64,000 nucleotides of DNA, from assembly GCA_001949185.1 (NCBI GenBank), contig BDGG01000003.1, forward strand, positions 3,889,158 through 3,953,157, written 5' to 3'. The notes below the pieces were generated by a model that ran no database searches, had not been told where the DNA came from, and was given only the letters and a program-made list of their open reading frames with translations. Positions 38,093 through 50,509 of the stretch are shown piece after piece. Both the position numbers and the translations under genes were made by a program. The DNA is from Ramazzottius varieornatus. Lineage: Eukaryota; Animalia; Tardigrada. Numbering within the stretch: position 1 is the stretch's first letter; each line of letters starts with the position of its first letter.

Positions 38093-39020
38093 CACAAAAC
38101 ATACTGCAAATGGCGTAAAATAGCCATTTGCGCTTGCTGCTGTAAAATTTTAACCTCAATTTTCTAAAATTCTGTTCCACTTTCAAATCAACCTGCAGCA
38201 CGGCGTGGCGCTCCCAGCTGCGTTGACCAGCATGCTGCGCACGGTGCATGACGTCAGCACCCATTGCATCACATTCTAGCGCCGCCCTACAACAGCCCAA
38301 GAATCCTAATCATAAACTCCTGTTACAACCAACGGCCAATAGCATACCAGGCGATTCCATTCCGATGACGTCATTCGACGATATCCAACTTATTTAACGT
38401 GAATCAAGAATGAATCAGGCAGCCGCAGCACGGTTTGGCAGCATCAAGATATATCAAGGTTGTTATCCTGCAGAATAATAGATGCAGGCGGAAAATCCAG
38501 GAGGAAGATGGCAAAGATTGATAACTTTACAAAGGATCCGACAAGAACAGAATCTATTTTCTAGGTTCAGGCCTGGTGCAGTCTTACGGCTGAAACCAAA
38601 ACGGGTTACATTAGCCGACCTGATCGACAGCCGACCTTTCTCCCTCATGTTTTGCATCAGAGTGGAACCGGTCAGCACGAATCGGTCTATTTGACCGACT
38701 TGTCATCACCGCAGCGTGGTATACAGACTGTGTACGTACGTACGCACACAGTCTGTCAGTCTGCACTGCGATGCAAGGGAGATCTTCACTAGAAAATCTT
38801 TGCAGAATGTTCAAGAGATGTTTAGACTATTTAGTTGTTGTGTTTTGATCTCGGAGTGTGGATCATTCCTTACTTGAGGGTCCCTTTCCGGTATCGGTCG
38901 AGAATACTCCCGTATCGTCGAGAGTCCTGCAGGTAGCTGTACCGTTGCATTTGTGCTTGCTTGTGTGTGTTGTAGGTTGATCGGGATAGCTCCGTCCTTG
39001 GATCCCTTCTCACTAGAAAA
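38093..39020. promoter_or_regulatory. Divergent promoter region TAF4/LSM14
   Basis: Head-to-head genes; CRE palindrome ATGACGTCAT at 38365-38374, CCAAT at ~38336, 34-bp palindrome at 38723-38756. Confidence 0.5.
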
Positions 39021-41136
39021 ATGATGGCTGGATATGGACGTGAACGAGCGGAAGACTACATCGGCTGCAAGATCAGCTTGATCTCCAACGCCGATATCCG
39101 CTACGAAGGAACCCTGTCAGCCATAAGCCAGCAGGACTCCACAGTCTCCTTGGAAAACGGTAAGGATTTCTTTTCAAGATTTCCTTTGTTCCTTCCGCAC
39201 ATATCCATTGTTCCGACTACAGCGTTTCTCTCGCCTCTTGTGACCTTTTTCCTTCCGGGTTCGAGGGGAAACATTAGATAGGATCTGGGGAAAGAAGATC
39301 CTTCCTGATACGAAAAATCAATCAATGCGTTTTCGTAAACCTGATTTTCTTTTCCGTTGCAGTGCGATCCTATGGAACAGAGAATCGACGTCCAGGAGCC
39401 TTTATTCCGCCTCAGGATAATGTCTACGAGTACATTATCTTCCGTGGAGCAGACATCAAGGATCTCGTCGTCTACGAGCTTCCAGTTGTGTCGGCCCTTC
39501 GCAGCTCCGTCGATAGTGATCCTGCAGTTCTTGAGGTTTGTTCTGCCTTTACTTCCTCAAACGCAATCTCTGTTCCCCTTTTCTGGTTGGCTTTGCTGTT
39601 TGAGACGTTCTTGGGTTGCGTGAATCGTGTTGCAAGTTTGGGCTCTGCGAACTCGTCGCTGACTTTTGTTTCCTGGTTTGCAGATCGCCGCTCTGGCTGG
39701 ACAAAATGAAGCTAGTCACACTGGACCTTCGCAAGGTGAGCGTTTTATTTCTTTGGTGCTTTTGCCTGGTTTTTGAAGAAGCGGAAGTCATAACTTGATT
39801 CTCTTTCAGGAAGTGGCTCACAGAACTTGAACGGCAAGCCAGTCTCCGTCCAGAACCTGATGAACAGCCAGCAAAGCGGCCAGCAGCGTGGAGGTGGACA
39901 GCAGCGCTACTTCCCCGGGGGAAACCGTGGCGGAAACAGCAACGGCAGCAGCATTGTCTACTCGTCCCGAGGAGGAAACTGGAATCGAGGCTACAACCGC
40001 GGTGGTTACACTGGCGGACAAGGATATCGACAAGGTAAGAACTTCCGGTTCAATTTGCACTTCGTCCTTCGATATTATGGTTTAGAAGTTGAAAAGTTCA
40101 CTCGCCTTTTTCTAGATGTCGTTCTGTTGCGTTCAATTTGTGCTTTTCGTTTGTCACAGGTTTCAACAATGGAATGCAGAGCCGAAATCGATTCGACATT
40201 GAGGAAGCCCGCAAAGCTGACTTCGACGTGGAAGCCGCCAATGAAGAGTTCCGCAAGATGGAAATCAGCAAAGGTACTTCATCACTTTTCTTCGGGTTTT
40301 CGCATTTTTCTCGTTTACTTTTTCGCTCCTTTTACTTCCTGCTTTAATGGTGCGGTGTGTCTGATCGATCTTTCTTGTTGCAGGAGACGAGACAGACAAC
40401 TCCACGACACAGTCTGGTAACAAGTCCGAAGGCGGAAGTCAGCAGACCGAAGCGAAGCCTGGCTACAACCCCGATCAGTTCTTCGATAACATCAGCTGTG
40501 ATGCCATCGAGAAGGAACAGCAAAACAAGCAACGTGAACAGTAAGCCACCTTTTCAGCCACCGTTTCTCCCAGAATTGTTCCAGAGGGGCGTAGCTTGGT
40601 TCGGAATTATTTGGGACGTTGACAAGTGATTTCACCTATATTGTTATCTCAAGTGGCGCATATATTCGCTGTCACTAGCTACGAGCGTGCGCCTCTTGAA
40701 AACGGTCCGGACGAAGTCATTTGACAGTGTGGATTTCGTCTTATCGTTTTCCGGAATGGGAATATTTTCTCATGCTGGGTTTTTCTTTTGCAGGATGAAC
40801 AGTATGGGTATGAATAACCAGTGGCAGGATCTGCGGCAGAAGGAGCGTCAGCACAACGCAGAAACCTTCGGCATCACGTCACGGACCTTCAACCGAGGAG
40901 GTCGCGGTGGACGAGGTGGCTTCCGTGGCGGTTACCAGAGTCAGAGCCAGAACGGTGGTGGTGGCTGGGGCAACAACGGTGGCCAGAACCAGAACGGTGG
41001 AGGATGGGGCAACTCTGGTGGCATGAATCGTGGAGGCCGCGGTGGTCAGCGTGGATACAACGGAGGTGGCGGGGGAGGAGGAATGGGACGTGGTATGGGT
41101 CGCCAGCAGCAGAATCAAGGTGTGTACTCGTACTAA
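39021..41136 (+). CDS. LSM14: LSM14/RAP55/Trailer-hitch P-body protein
   Basis: LSm domain YIGCKISLISNADIRYEGTL...VRSYGTE...YEYIIFRGADIKDL; DFDVEAANEEF, FFDNISC and NAETFG boxes; RGG-rich tail. Confidence 0.93.
40640..40720. repeat. Palindromic N27 element, copy 15 (LSM14 intron)
   Basis: TCAAGTGGCGCA-N27-TGCGCCTCTTGA. Confidence 0.82.
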
Positions 41137-41397
41137 ACCTTATTCATTCTAGTATTGAATTCTCTTTTTGTACAAACTCTGACCATTTAAAAGTCTCATT
41201 TTAATTTCACAAAAAAAAGTTCGCATGGTAGATTGGTGGTTTTATTCCCGTATTTCCCAATATTATATTTGATTTGTTCGTTGTTCAACTGTTGATTTAC
41301 CTGAAACGAAAATGAAGTTGAAGGTTCATGAAGTGGGTCGATGGTGTGCGAGGTACCGAAGTCACTCAGTAAAGGTATCGTGGAACTGTAACGGTTT

Positions 41398-41510
41398 GGT
41401 AGCTGGACAATCAAACTCGACAAGTTCGTTTTCTCGAGTGGCGCACCTTTCTAGCCAACAACGGTGAAGAAGTGCGCCGCTTGGGTTGACGATCTTGTAC
41501 GTTTTGTTTT
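41398..41510. repeat. Palindromic N27 element, copy 16 (LSM14 3' region / alternative intron)
   Basis: AAACTCGACAAG...GAGTGGCGCA-N27-TGCGCCGCTTG...CGATCTTGT. Confidence 0.85.
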
Positions 41511-41661
41511 CCTCAGCTTCCTTTTCCTGCTTGTGTGCAAGTGAGTGAGATTGGTGATACTTCCTGTTGTGGTACCGTGTAGCGTGAAGCTTTGTAGTCG
41601 TTGTTTTGTTTCTCTTGTTTGGTACCGTATCAGTGGCTCATGTCTTGCTTTGCTTCAACAG

Positions 41662-41981
41662 GTAACGGTCGTGGTAACGGTAGCCGTGCCAATGGTGGGG
41701 GTAGTGGTAACCAGAATGGCGGCTCGAACCAACAGCAGGCCAAACAGATCACTTTGTATCTGCAGGCGGATGGTAAGACGTACGCGGCGGCTCAACCGGG
41801 CAACGGTGGCGGTGCTGGACGCAACGGTGGCGGCGGTGGTAACAACAACGGTGGCAATGGTGCTGGTGGTGCTCGCAGGTCGCGCAACCGTCGCAATCGC
41901 AACCGCAATGGAAAAGCCACCGGTGGCAACGCTGGTCAGACCCAAAGTGTCCTTCTTGTAGCCTCCAAAGCTCGAGTTTAG
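41662..41981 (+). CDS. Putative alternative terminal exon of LSM14 (Gly/Asn/Arg-rich)
   Basis: Acceptor cttcaacag at 41661 is phase-compatible with the donor after 41119; codon and amino-acid composition match the LSM14 tail. Confidence 0.6.
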
Positions 41982-42264
41982 CTAGTAGCCTTCTTGCTCT
42001 TTGTGTTGTTCCCCCGATGAAAAGGTTTTATGTCGCACTGCCATTGGTTCGTTTCTCCTTTTTTCTATTTCCTATTTTATGCCGACTGTTTTTCCTGTCC
42101 TTTCGAATACAGCTTACTGTTGCACGAGTATTGAATAGATTCCTGTTTGATATTCAACAACGATGGTTTAGTTTCCAGAAATAGTTCGTTCGTGTCCGTA
42201 AGATCAAAGTTAGCTGAGGGAAAAATTTGTTTAGGGAAAATCTTAGAGAAAAATGCAAAGGAAA

Positions 42265-43989
42265 TCAGGACGTTCGCACTGCTCTTGTGAAAAGATACTC
42301 TGTGAAGTGCTGAGATTCGATACCGCCACCGTTGCTCGCCGCTATCTTGAAGCCAGAGTTGAGAAGTCTTTGGATCACTTGAATGGAATTCAGCTTGCAG
42401 TATCCGTTGAGAGGGAACCGCGCGAGATGATTGAGGTCAGTGTTCCACGTTGCATGTCCGCGACCATTCGTACTGAGGGCGTCAGATATCTCCGGAAACA
42501 CTTCTTCGGCGATGCTTCGTTCTGAAGTAAGAGTTATTCTCTCTCCAAGGTCCGGTGTGATAAGAATGGTTACGCAGTCGTGGTTGGAGAAGGTGACTTC
42601 CGGTGTGGTGGAGCGGTTATCCGCAGGTGGCGCTGTGGTCGCGAACGTGTTGCGTCCGTTGGACAGGCTGACTTTTCGGCTTCGTTTGGCTGGTCGTGGT
42701 GATTCTAATTCCTCATCTGGCTCTACGGGTTTTCGCTCGAGATGTTCTTCAATATCTTGCACCATACCGGGAACACTGAACCATTTGGCTTCTTCGTACA
42801 GCAACGCCCATTCCTGGAAAGTCTTTGGGACCATCAAGCGACCATGGCGAACGTAGTTGAGGACGTGACGGAACATGCGGCCATCTCGATCCAGAAAGTA
42901 GTGTTGTTTCAGGGAATCGAGAACGATTGGAATGTTTCCGTTGAAGAGCTTTGCCAGCCGAGACTCAGGGAACCTGCTCAAAATATGACACAATCCGAAT
43001 ATTACCGGAGAAAGCCCATTTTGATGGAGGAAATAAGAATTAGACTTCACTGTCGCGCAAAGGTCGACAGAAAATTTTCTTTCTCAAAATACAGATGGAT
43101 TTTTAGGATGACGGACACAATAGGCGATATCATGCTATCTGGAATTAGCAGGACTCGTTTCTTCGCACGACATGATATCTGTGTTTTTTGCTCCGGGCAA
43201 TCACAGAAAAAATTTGCCGGGGAAAAGTGTGATTGAAGGCACTTCTGGCGTTTTTGGACATAAATCAAGCTGACGTGAGAAATCGGCTATCGCTTTCTTT
43301 GTACGAGAAGCCGTGTAGTGTGTTAGCGCATTCAGAGATGGCGACAAGGAACACCGCAGTTTCTAGCCGAACACATGTAAAAAATATTTGGCGTGAGTGA
43401 TACCCGTGTCAGTCGACGCTGGAGGCTCTTCGCTGTCGAGCATACTCGCAATGGTTGGTAATCGACAAACTTGTAACTTCTTTCACCTATTGTACCACTT
43501 ACTTTGTCAGGGTTTCCAGCGATGAAGTATATATGATCCCTCCCACGTCAATATGAACGGGTGCTAAAATGAACAATCATTATATGTTACCGAAATTCTG
43601 CCCGTTCCCGAGATATCAAGGTTCACAAAAGAGTAACGCGATCTTTGACCACCCTGCATACATGTTAAACATTGCACATGCCGGAAACCGCGATTCAGGA
43701 GCGTGAAATCTGGTCCTTTCTACTAACCGGTGTAGCAAGTTGTGGGTGCTGACAGCGGGATACCCACGGGATATTTCCGTGGGGCTTGCTGTTGTTGCTG
43801 CTGCTGCTGCTGCTGTTGCAGAACAGCCTGGTTGTTGACGGATCGCGGAGCCACGGAAGATAGTCCGTTGCCGTTGGAATGCTCTACTGGGGTCTTCGGA
43901 GAGAGAATTGGTGACGGTGGAGAAGGCGAAGACTGGATGCTGACTATGACGGACCGCTTGACATCGCTCATGCTTCTTCGGTCCTCCAT
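42265..43989 (-). CDS. KCTD15: BTB/POZ protein KCTD1/KCTD15-like
   Basis: APVHIDVGG..YTSSLETLTK, FPESRLAKLFNGNIPIVLDSLKQHYFLDRDGRMFRHVLNY, RFPLNGYCKLNSIQV, poly-Gln near the N-terminus. Confidence 0.9.
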
Positions 43990-44859
43990 ACGAATCAGAC
44001 TATCTTGCTACTATCTAGGAACGAGCAAGAAGGTGTTAAGCCAAACAATAGCCTCAAAGCAGTGATGTGTTCGGTTCTACAAGAAAACACGAGAAAAATT
44101 ATCTTTCCCGCACATCGATAAGATCAAAAGTGTCACTCGAAAAAGTCTGCGAGCAATATTGCCGAAGTAGCACCGCGCTAGCTACGGTCGAAGCCTTTTG
44201 ACATTATGCTCTGGCGATTGCTTTGGCTTTCGCTAGTCGTACCATCGCGCGCCATCGTGCACGGTTGAGGGACGTGAATTTGCCTGCAGGGCATGTGCTG
44301 CTCGAAGGAACTGCATGGCTAGTGTTCAGCCAAAATCTACTACTCTATAATATCCACCTCGGCTGCAACTGTGCACCAAGAGGATGGATGGAGTTGAAAG
44401 GCATTTCATTCTGCTTCTGATGGTTTGTCTAAATACCCCCGGGCTCAACATGATTCCATTTCACTGGGGCTTCCTCCCCATTCCCTCAAATGCCGGTGAT
44501 GCAGCTGTTCTCTGCGGCACGCACTTCCTCTTTGCACCATGCCCTCTTTCCTGCGCAACGAAAGGCAACTATCCTCCAGGCAAATCAGTCCTACATCTAT
44601 CCACCCTCCCCCGTGTACCCTAAAGAAGAAGAGACGCTTTCTCTGCGTGCAGGCCCGGGATGCCCCGAGGCTCCGACCGAGAGGATCATCATAGAGTAAT
44701 GCCCTTCCGCTAGATTCAGGCTCTGACGCTCGGCAACCTCGGCAACTGAAGAGAGGGTTCCCAACGATCGGCCTACAACGTCGAAAAAACAGCACCGTAT
44801 TTCCCCACAACTCTCTGTACCAAAATAAGATCTCCATGAGAAACACTTTTGAAAAAAAG

Positions 44860-44970
44860 ATGGGCTAACAGAACGTGCAGGGTCGCTATCTCAAGTGGCG
44901 CACCCTTCCAGCCATCAACAATGGAAGACTGCGCCGCTTGAGAGATCGATCTTGTGCGTTTTACTCCCGT
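44860..44970. repeat. Palindromic N27 element, copy 17 (between KCTD and PKMYT1)
   Basis: TCTCAAGTGGCGCA-N27-TGCGCCGCTTGAGA. Confidence 0.85.
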
Positions 44971-45552
44971 TTTAGTGTTATTCGAAGTCCATTTCTCTGA
45001 TTAAATAAGGTCCTTTTTATGGCAGTTTGAATTCAGGAACAGCAGTAACTTCAAATTAGCTTCGATCGGTACGATAACAATTTTTTTCCTGGTTGTTTGT
45101 TCACCGATTTCGCTTTCACGCACACTGCACTGTACAAAAAGGCGCTACGGCATTCGTCGTTTGTCGTCATCTCTGTAAACTTTCCGCATGAACGAGCCGC
45201 GGGCCGCATTTTTCATGTAGCTGCATGGAGCGCACAACCCTCGAGCAATGTACGGCATTATATTGTGCTGAATGTAGCCTTCAACAAACGCCGCTCGTTA
45301 TCGACAATATCGAACATCTTACGTGAGGCATTTTATTGACGAATGTGTTGCAACAAAAAGCCCAACCTTTCTCAAAAAAAGTAACGTGCGTATTCTGGAG
45401 AGAAAAAACCCCTGGCGCATAACGGAAGTTTTCCTGTTAGAAGAACGAAGATGAGTGTGTATATTAAGATTGTTAAAACAGTGAAACCGACAACTGGGCA
45501 AAAACTAGCAATGATCGTGTTATTAAAATTTCTGTCGTGAATAGCCACAGGT

Positions 45553-48409
45553 TTAAAGATCGTTTTCGTCTTCTACGCCATCTTCCAGTACACATACATG
45601 GTTCAGTTCGTTACTTTCTGGTTCGACAAACTGGAACTTCTTACTTGGGCTTCCCAGGTTCGAGCGGGTGGACATTGAAGGGCTGAAGTTTCCAGTTTCG
45701 TTCACCAGTCCGGAGCAGATGAGCGATTCTTCCCGTAGGTGATCTCCCATCTCGTCCTGAAGGGTCTCCATGAAGCTCTGCAACCATGTGACAACTCAAG
45801 TACAGGTAGATAGGATTGCTCAATGGGCTCGTTACGCACCATAGAGAGCAGAGAATCATCCGCATCCGCAAAGCTCGTTTCCGGTTCCACGACCATCGAC
45901 GTGTTCAAGTTCCCTGTCCCATTCATGCCGTTTCTTGAGAATCCATCCTCCGGATAGTGAAAGCTAAGTGTCTCTGGCTGGATGTCTACAGATGGAGAGC
46001 GCGCGGAGACCTTAGCGACCCCAGCTGCAAAATATCAAGACTACTAAACGTACGTGCCGATTTTCGTGCAGTAATATAGGAGCTCGGCAAAACAGCTCGA
46101 CCAGATCATTCGCCCCAATGGCGCACTGTTTTGGTGACATCACCTAGGAGCGCGCGCCACTGAAAGAAAAATCTGATCGAGTTGATTTGCCGAGCTTCCA
46201 TATTCTGAAATTCAGTATTGTCTGCACGCTGGAAATTCAAACCAACCGGTGAAGTTGTGTCGCAGGGCATGCTCGGCGAAACCGATGGTGGGTGGTGGTG
46301 TGGTGGGGCGTTCAGGAGTCCTCTTGGGCCAGAAGATGCCAGAGACCCACTTCCGCCCAAAGGTGAAAACGGAGCTAACCACACTCATTGCACAGTCCTG
46401 CAGTTTTAGCAGCGGTAGACTCTGAAGCAGAATAGCACTGAGCGACAACTAGCAATCGGTTCTTCGACGAGCTACGTACCATATGATGAAGTTTCCGGGT
46501 GAAGACATGGTACTTGACTGCGTCACACCGTAGGAGACTGCGTGGGCGCGGTCGTAGTTTGGGGCTTCGACTCAGCATCTGCCTGATGATCTGCTTCATT
46601 GACGCTGGGATTCCTACGAAGACAAGCGCGTCTAAAGAAATTGATGAGACGGCTCAAGCACCACAGTGCGACTTGCGTTCTTCTATTTGCGAAGGAAGGT
46701 TGCCTTCCCGCAACTTTCTCCACTGTGGTCCATGTCCATCCAGCTGGATATCGGTGCACAGTTCCAGCATGGTCATTCCCAAACTACGTGCACAGAACGA
46801 TAGAAGTAAAACGAGCGGCGCGAAGGAGTTGAGCGACGTACCTGAAGACATCGCAGGAGAAGCCAAGATTGCGAGATTCCAAGGCTTCGAGTGGCATGTA
46901 TCGGGCATCCCCGCCGTCCTTGTGGTCCTGGTACAGTTCAACAGTTTTAACTATAGTGAGCTTTTCCCACTGGGGAAGAGGAACAACATACTAACCGAAT
47001 CGGGGATGGTGATGAGGCTAAAGTCGCCCAGCTTTGTCACGCCGTGATGGTCAAGGAAGATGTTTTCTGGCTTGACATCTAAATGACAGAATTGTTTGCT
47101 GTGAATATGATCCAAGGCCTGAAAGCAAGACAAGAAAATTCAGACAAAATATCGAAACAAACTAGAGTAGGATATTTACAAGCAGCAGGTCCGTAAAGAT
47201 ATTCCAGAGCGCTGTCTGGGATAAGGGATAGTGAGCTGCAGCGTACGTGTCGAGCCTGAAGGGAAATAATCCAGTACTTAACGAAAAGCCGATACGATTA
47301 TTGTGAGTGTGAAATTCACCGTTCCGGAAGATATTCCATCTGGATATGGAAGTATCCCGACTCTTCCCAGCATTGCACGCATTCAACGACGTTCGGGTGA
47401 TCGGAGATGGCGCAATGTATGAACATTTCGTTCATCCATCGTAGCTGGTCGTGCTCTGGATCTTCGTTGCCGAAGCAGCTGGCGTATCGGTTGATGGATC
47501 GCTTCAGTGCGTAAATCTCGTTATTGCGCTTCCATCTAACTTTGAACACCTGTGAGGAAACATGAAGTTCCGACACAGCAATAGCTAATAGGGCGTACAG
47601 TCGTACATTGCGTTTGCAAGGAGGGCGACGAAACTAACCTCGGCAAAGTCACCGAAACCAATCCGCTCGATGATGTCGAATTCCTTCTCGAAATATCCCA
47701 CAGATAAATCTTGCAGGCTGCTATTGTCGATGAATCCTATAAGGCAAGAAGGGTTCTTAAATGTGGCAGTCATCCACCGGATCATAACAAGTAGAAGTCC
47801 GGCAAACAAACTCGACAAGATCTTTTTTCCAAGTGGCGCACACTTCGAGCAAGTGACGCTGACAACGTGCGCCACTTGGGGAAACAGTCTTGTCGGAGTT
47901 TGTTTAACGAGCTTCAAAGTTACAATTATTCTCGACAATCGATAGGACGACCACTCCTCCATCAGTAATAGGCAGTTTCGGACTTACCTGTGTATTTCTT
48001 GGCAGTGCTCAGCGAATGGAATCCTTGAGCATCATACTGGGACAATCGAGCAGACTTCTTGACACTGGTCAAGAACTTTTCCAGGTTGGCCATTTTACGC
48101 TGGGATGCACGCTTCTCTGTCGTCGGGTTGGACAATCTTCTACTGTGCTGCAGAAAACAAAATTGCTCTTCAGTCAAGGGCTCGCAACACACCGAAGTAA
48201 CAAAACCGGCTTACCTTGAATTTGAACAGATCAGCAGTGTATTCATCCTTTCCGTCGGCCAAAGCACCTTCTTTGACCAACAATAGTTCTGGATCTTCTT
48301 CCCAATCTGGACTTGACGTCCTCAAAAATCCCACGCTCGCCTTTCTTCCATTGACGACCGGTGCGACTGATGACGATTTGAGCAGGTGAGAGTCCTCTGG
48401 GACAGGCAT
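45553..48409 (-). CDS. PKMYT1: Myt1/Wee1-family CDK-inhibitory kinase
   Basis: [35 protein letters not shown]...[40 protein letters not shown]...[10 protein letters not shown]. Start codon uncertain. Confidence 0.82.
46078..46200. repeat. Palindromic N27 element, copy 18 (PKMYT1 intron; best-preserved termini)
   Basis: GAGCTCGGCAAAACAGCTCGACCAGAT...TGGCGCA-N27-CGCGCCACT...ATCTGATCGAGTTGATTTGCCGAGCTT. Confidence 0.88.
47795..47915. repeat. Palindromic N27 element, copy 19 (PKMYT1 intron)
   Basis: AAACAAACTCGACAAGA...CCAAGTGGCGCA-N27-TGCGCCACTTGG...TCTTGTCGGAGTTTGTTT. Confidence 0.9.
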
Positions 48410-48799
48410 GATAATTTCCGGAATGGATTCAAACAGTCTTCCTGTACCGTTGAACTGCGCTCCCAGACTCTGAAAATAGCCCCGACACGTTCGGGGATAA
48501 TACAACAGTGCCTAAGCTATGAACCTGCAGCCGCGAAACAGCACTTACAAGCTATGACTTCGTCTTGGTGTCCGTCTATCCCGTCAACAGGTATAAGGTG
48601 TCTCACGGATCAAGATCCGGTCGTGAAATCATGCAGCTGGTTGTATCCGTCGACGATCGGTCAAAGATCATACCGACAGCCGAGGGAACCTTATGCTGTT
48701 GCTCACCAGTGTTGTATAGAATGGCTAGACAAACAGGACAAGAATGAACTGGGAAAGGTGAAGAGGAAAGATGTCCGACTTTCTGAGCACTGCTGACGA

Positions 48800-49103
48800 C
48801 TTCTGGGAATCCGACTTTTTGATGCCTGTTTTGTGACGTCACCGCCGCGCTCTCTTTCCTTTGTTACCTGCCGTTCCGCTGGTTACTTTACACCCTAAAT
48901 GCGGAGCGGCTATTGTCGTTTTCTTAAATTTATCGCAAACTGGTGATTAACGCACTGACAAGAAATCTTGAAAAAGTTGGAAAACATGAGGAATTCATCT
49001 CAACGTCGTCCTATCTCGTGTATGTACTGCTTGGTTCTTTGCCCAAGATACATCTAGTCCGCTTAGGTCGTTCGGGGAGACAACGTTCTAGTAATTCGGG
49101 AGG
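48800..49103. promoter_or_regulatory. Divergent promoter region PKMYT1/PDCD5
   Basis: Head-to-head genes; CRE palindrome GTGACGTCAC at 48833-48842. Confidence 0.45.
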
Positions 49104-49876
49104 ATGGATAATGATCTGGAACAACTACGTGCGCAGCGGATGGAGCAGATGAGACGACAAAATCCGGTAAGTGTTATGCCGCTGAAACGAAGTCTCTTCT
49201 TATGAACTCTGTTATCGATATCTTTGATGTTCTGCGACGTTTCGCGCGTCCAGCATTAACAAACTAAACAAAGGGCCGCTGCGCGAAGACTGCAGGGCTG
49301 TGTTCTTTGTCTTAGGGAATGGCCGCTCAAGGAGCATCCATGCCCACTTCCGCCGGAAACCAAGGACAACACAACCCTGAAGAGCAGAAACGTCAACAAG
49401 ATGAGATGAGACATTCGATTCTCTCGCAAGTACTGGATCAGTCGGCACGCGCAAGATGTATCTGATAAGAGATTGCGCTTGAATAACCGCAAGTCGCAGA
49501 ATACCTTAGGAGCTGAACAAACAACGCATATATAATACCTGCTGTATCTCCCTTCTCTAGTGAACACGATCGCGCTAGCTAAACCTGAGAAAGCCAGAAT
49601 GGTGGAAAACCTCATAGTGCAGATGGCAACGCGTGGACAACTCGGAGGGAAGCTGTCAGAAGAGCAATTTGTCCAAATCCTCTCGCAAGTCAGCGAGCAG
49701 ACCAAGCAAGCTACTACTGTGAAGGCGGGTGATAAAACTTTGTAGCTTCTGTGCTCTGTGTACTCCCGTCTACCCGGTAGTAAGTTTCGTTGGCATGATG
49801 AACAGGCCAGTCTTTTTTCCAGTTTGACCGGAGGAGAGTCGGCGATCTGTTCGGCGACGACGGCGACGAAGAATGA
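49104..49876 (+). CDS. PDCD5: Programmed cell death protein 5
   Basis: [51 protein letters not shown]|FDRRR followed by an acidic tail; 4 exons. Confidence 0.92.
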
Positions 49877-50509
49877 GCTCTGTAGCGGCCGAGAACCACT
49901 TGTGGGTAAAAGCGACGTATGTCCAGCACATCCGGGTTCTTCGCTCGACTCGAACGTTGATTATACTTTGACGGACTATTTCTGTGATAGCGCCTGAACG
50001 TTTCATGCTCTGTAATCTTATACGTTTTCGCATATCGCGACATGGTTTTTGAACATGCTATTCCGGAAAACGCAGTTAATCGGAACGGCTGTGGCAAATT
50101 GCGAAAGCCCGGGTGTGGTGCCATTTCGTACACGTACACTATGTCTTCTAGCTTTCGGAATGGTCCTTGGATGTTGGTCAGGGGACCAGAACATGAGAAT
50201 CTAATATCTGATTTTCTGTATTCATTGACGCGATTGCATCTTAATAGCAGACGCACTGCATCACTGATGCATGATTACGTAGTACGTCTCAACAGCGGTC
50301 GTTCTTTTACTGCTGAACTTTCACAAACCAAAAGCTGAGACGAACGAGAATACATCCGTCTTCGCATTCTCACAAGTGTTTTCGGCATGTACAATACAGA
50401 ATAATACATCAAGAAGGCACTTCAGATCAAAACTACAAGGAAGAATGAACTTGTAAACGTATAAAACAAGAAATTGGAACAGGCAATATCGAAACGGCCA
50501 AAGTGCAGT

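Noticed and set aside
46070-46210. TSD and superfamily assignment for the N27 element
   Set aside because: Only a possible TA flank at one copy; no consistent 8-bp or other TSD is visible, so no superfamily is claimed.
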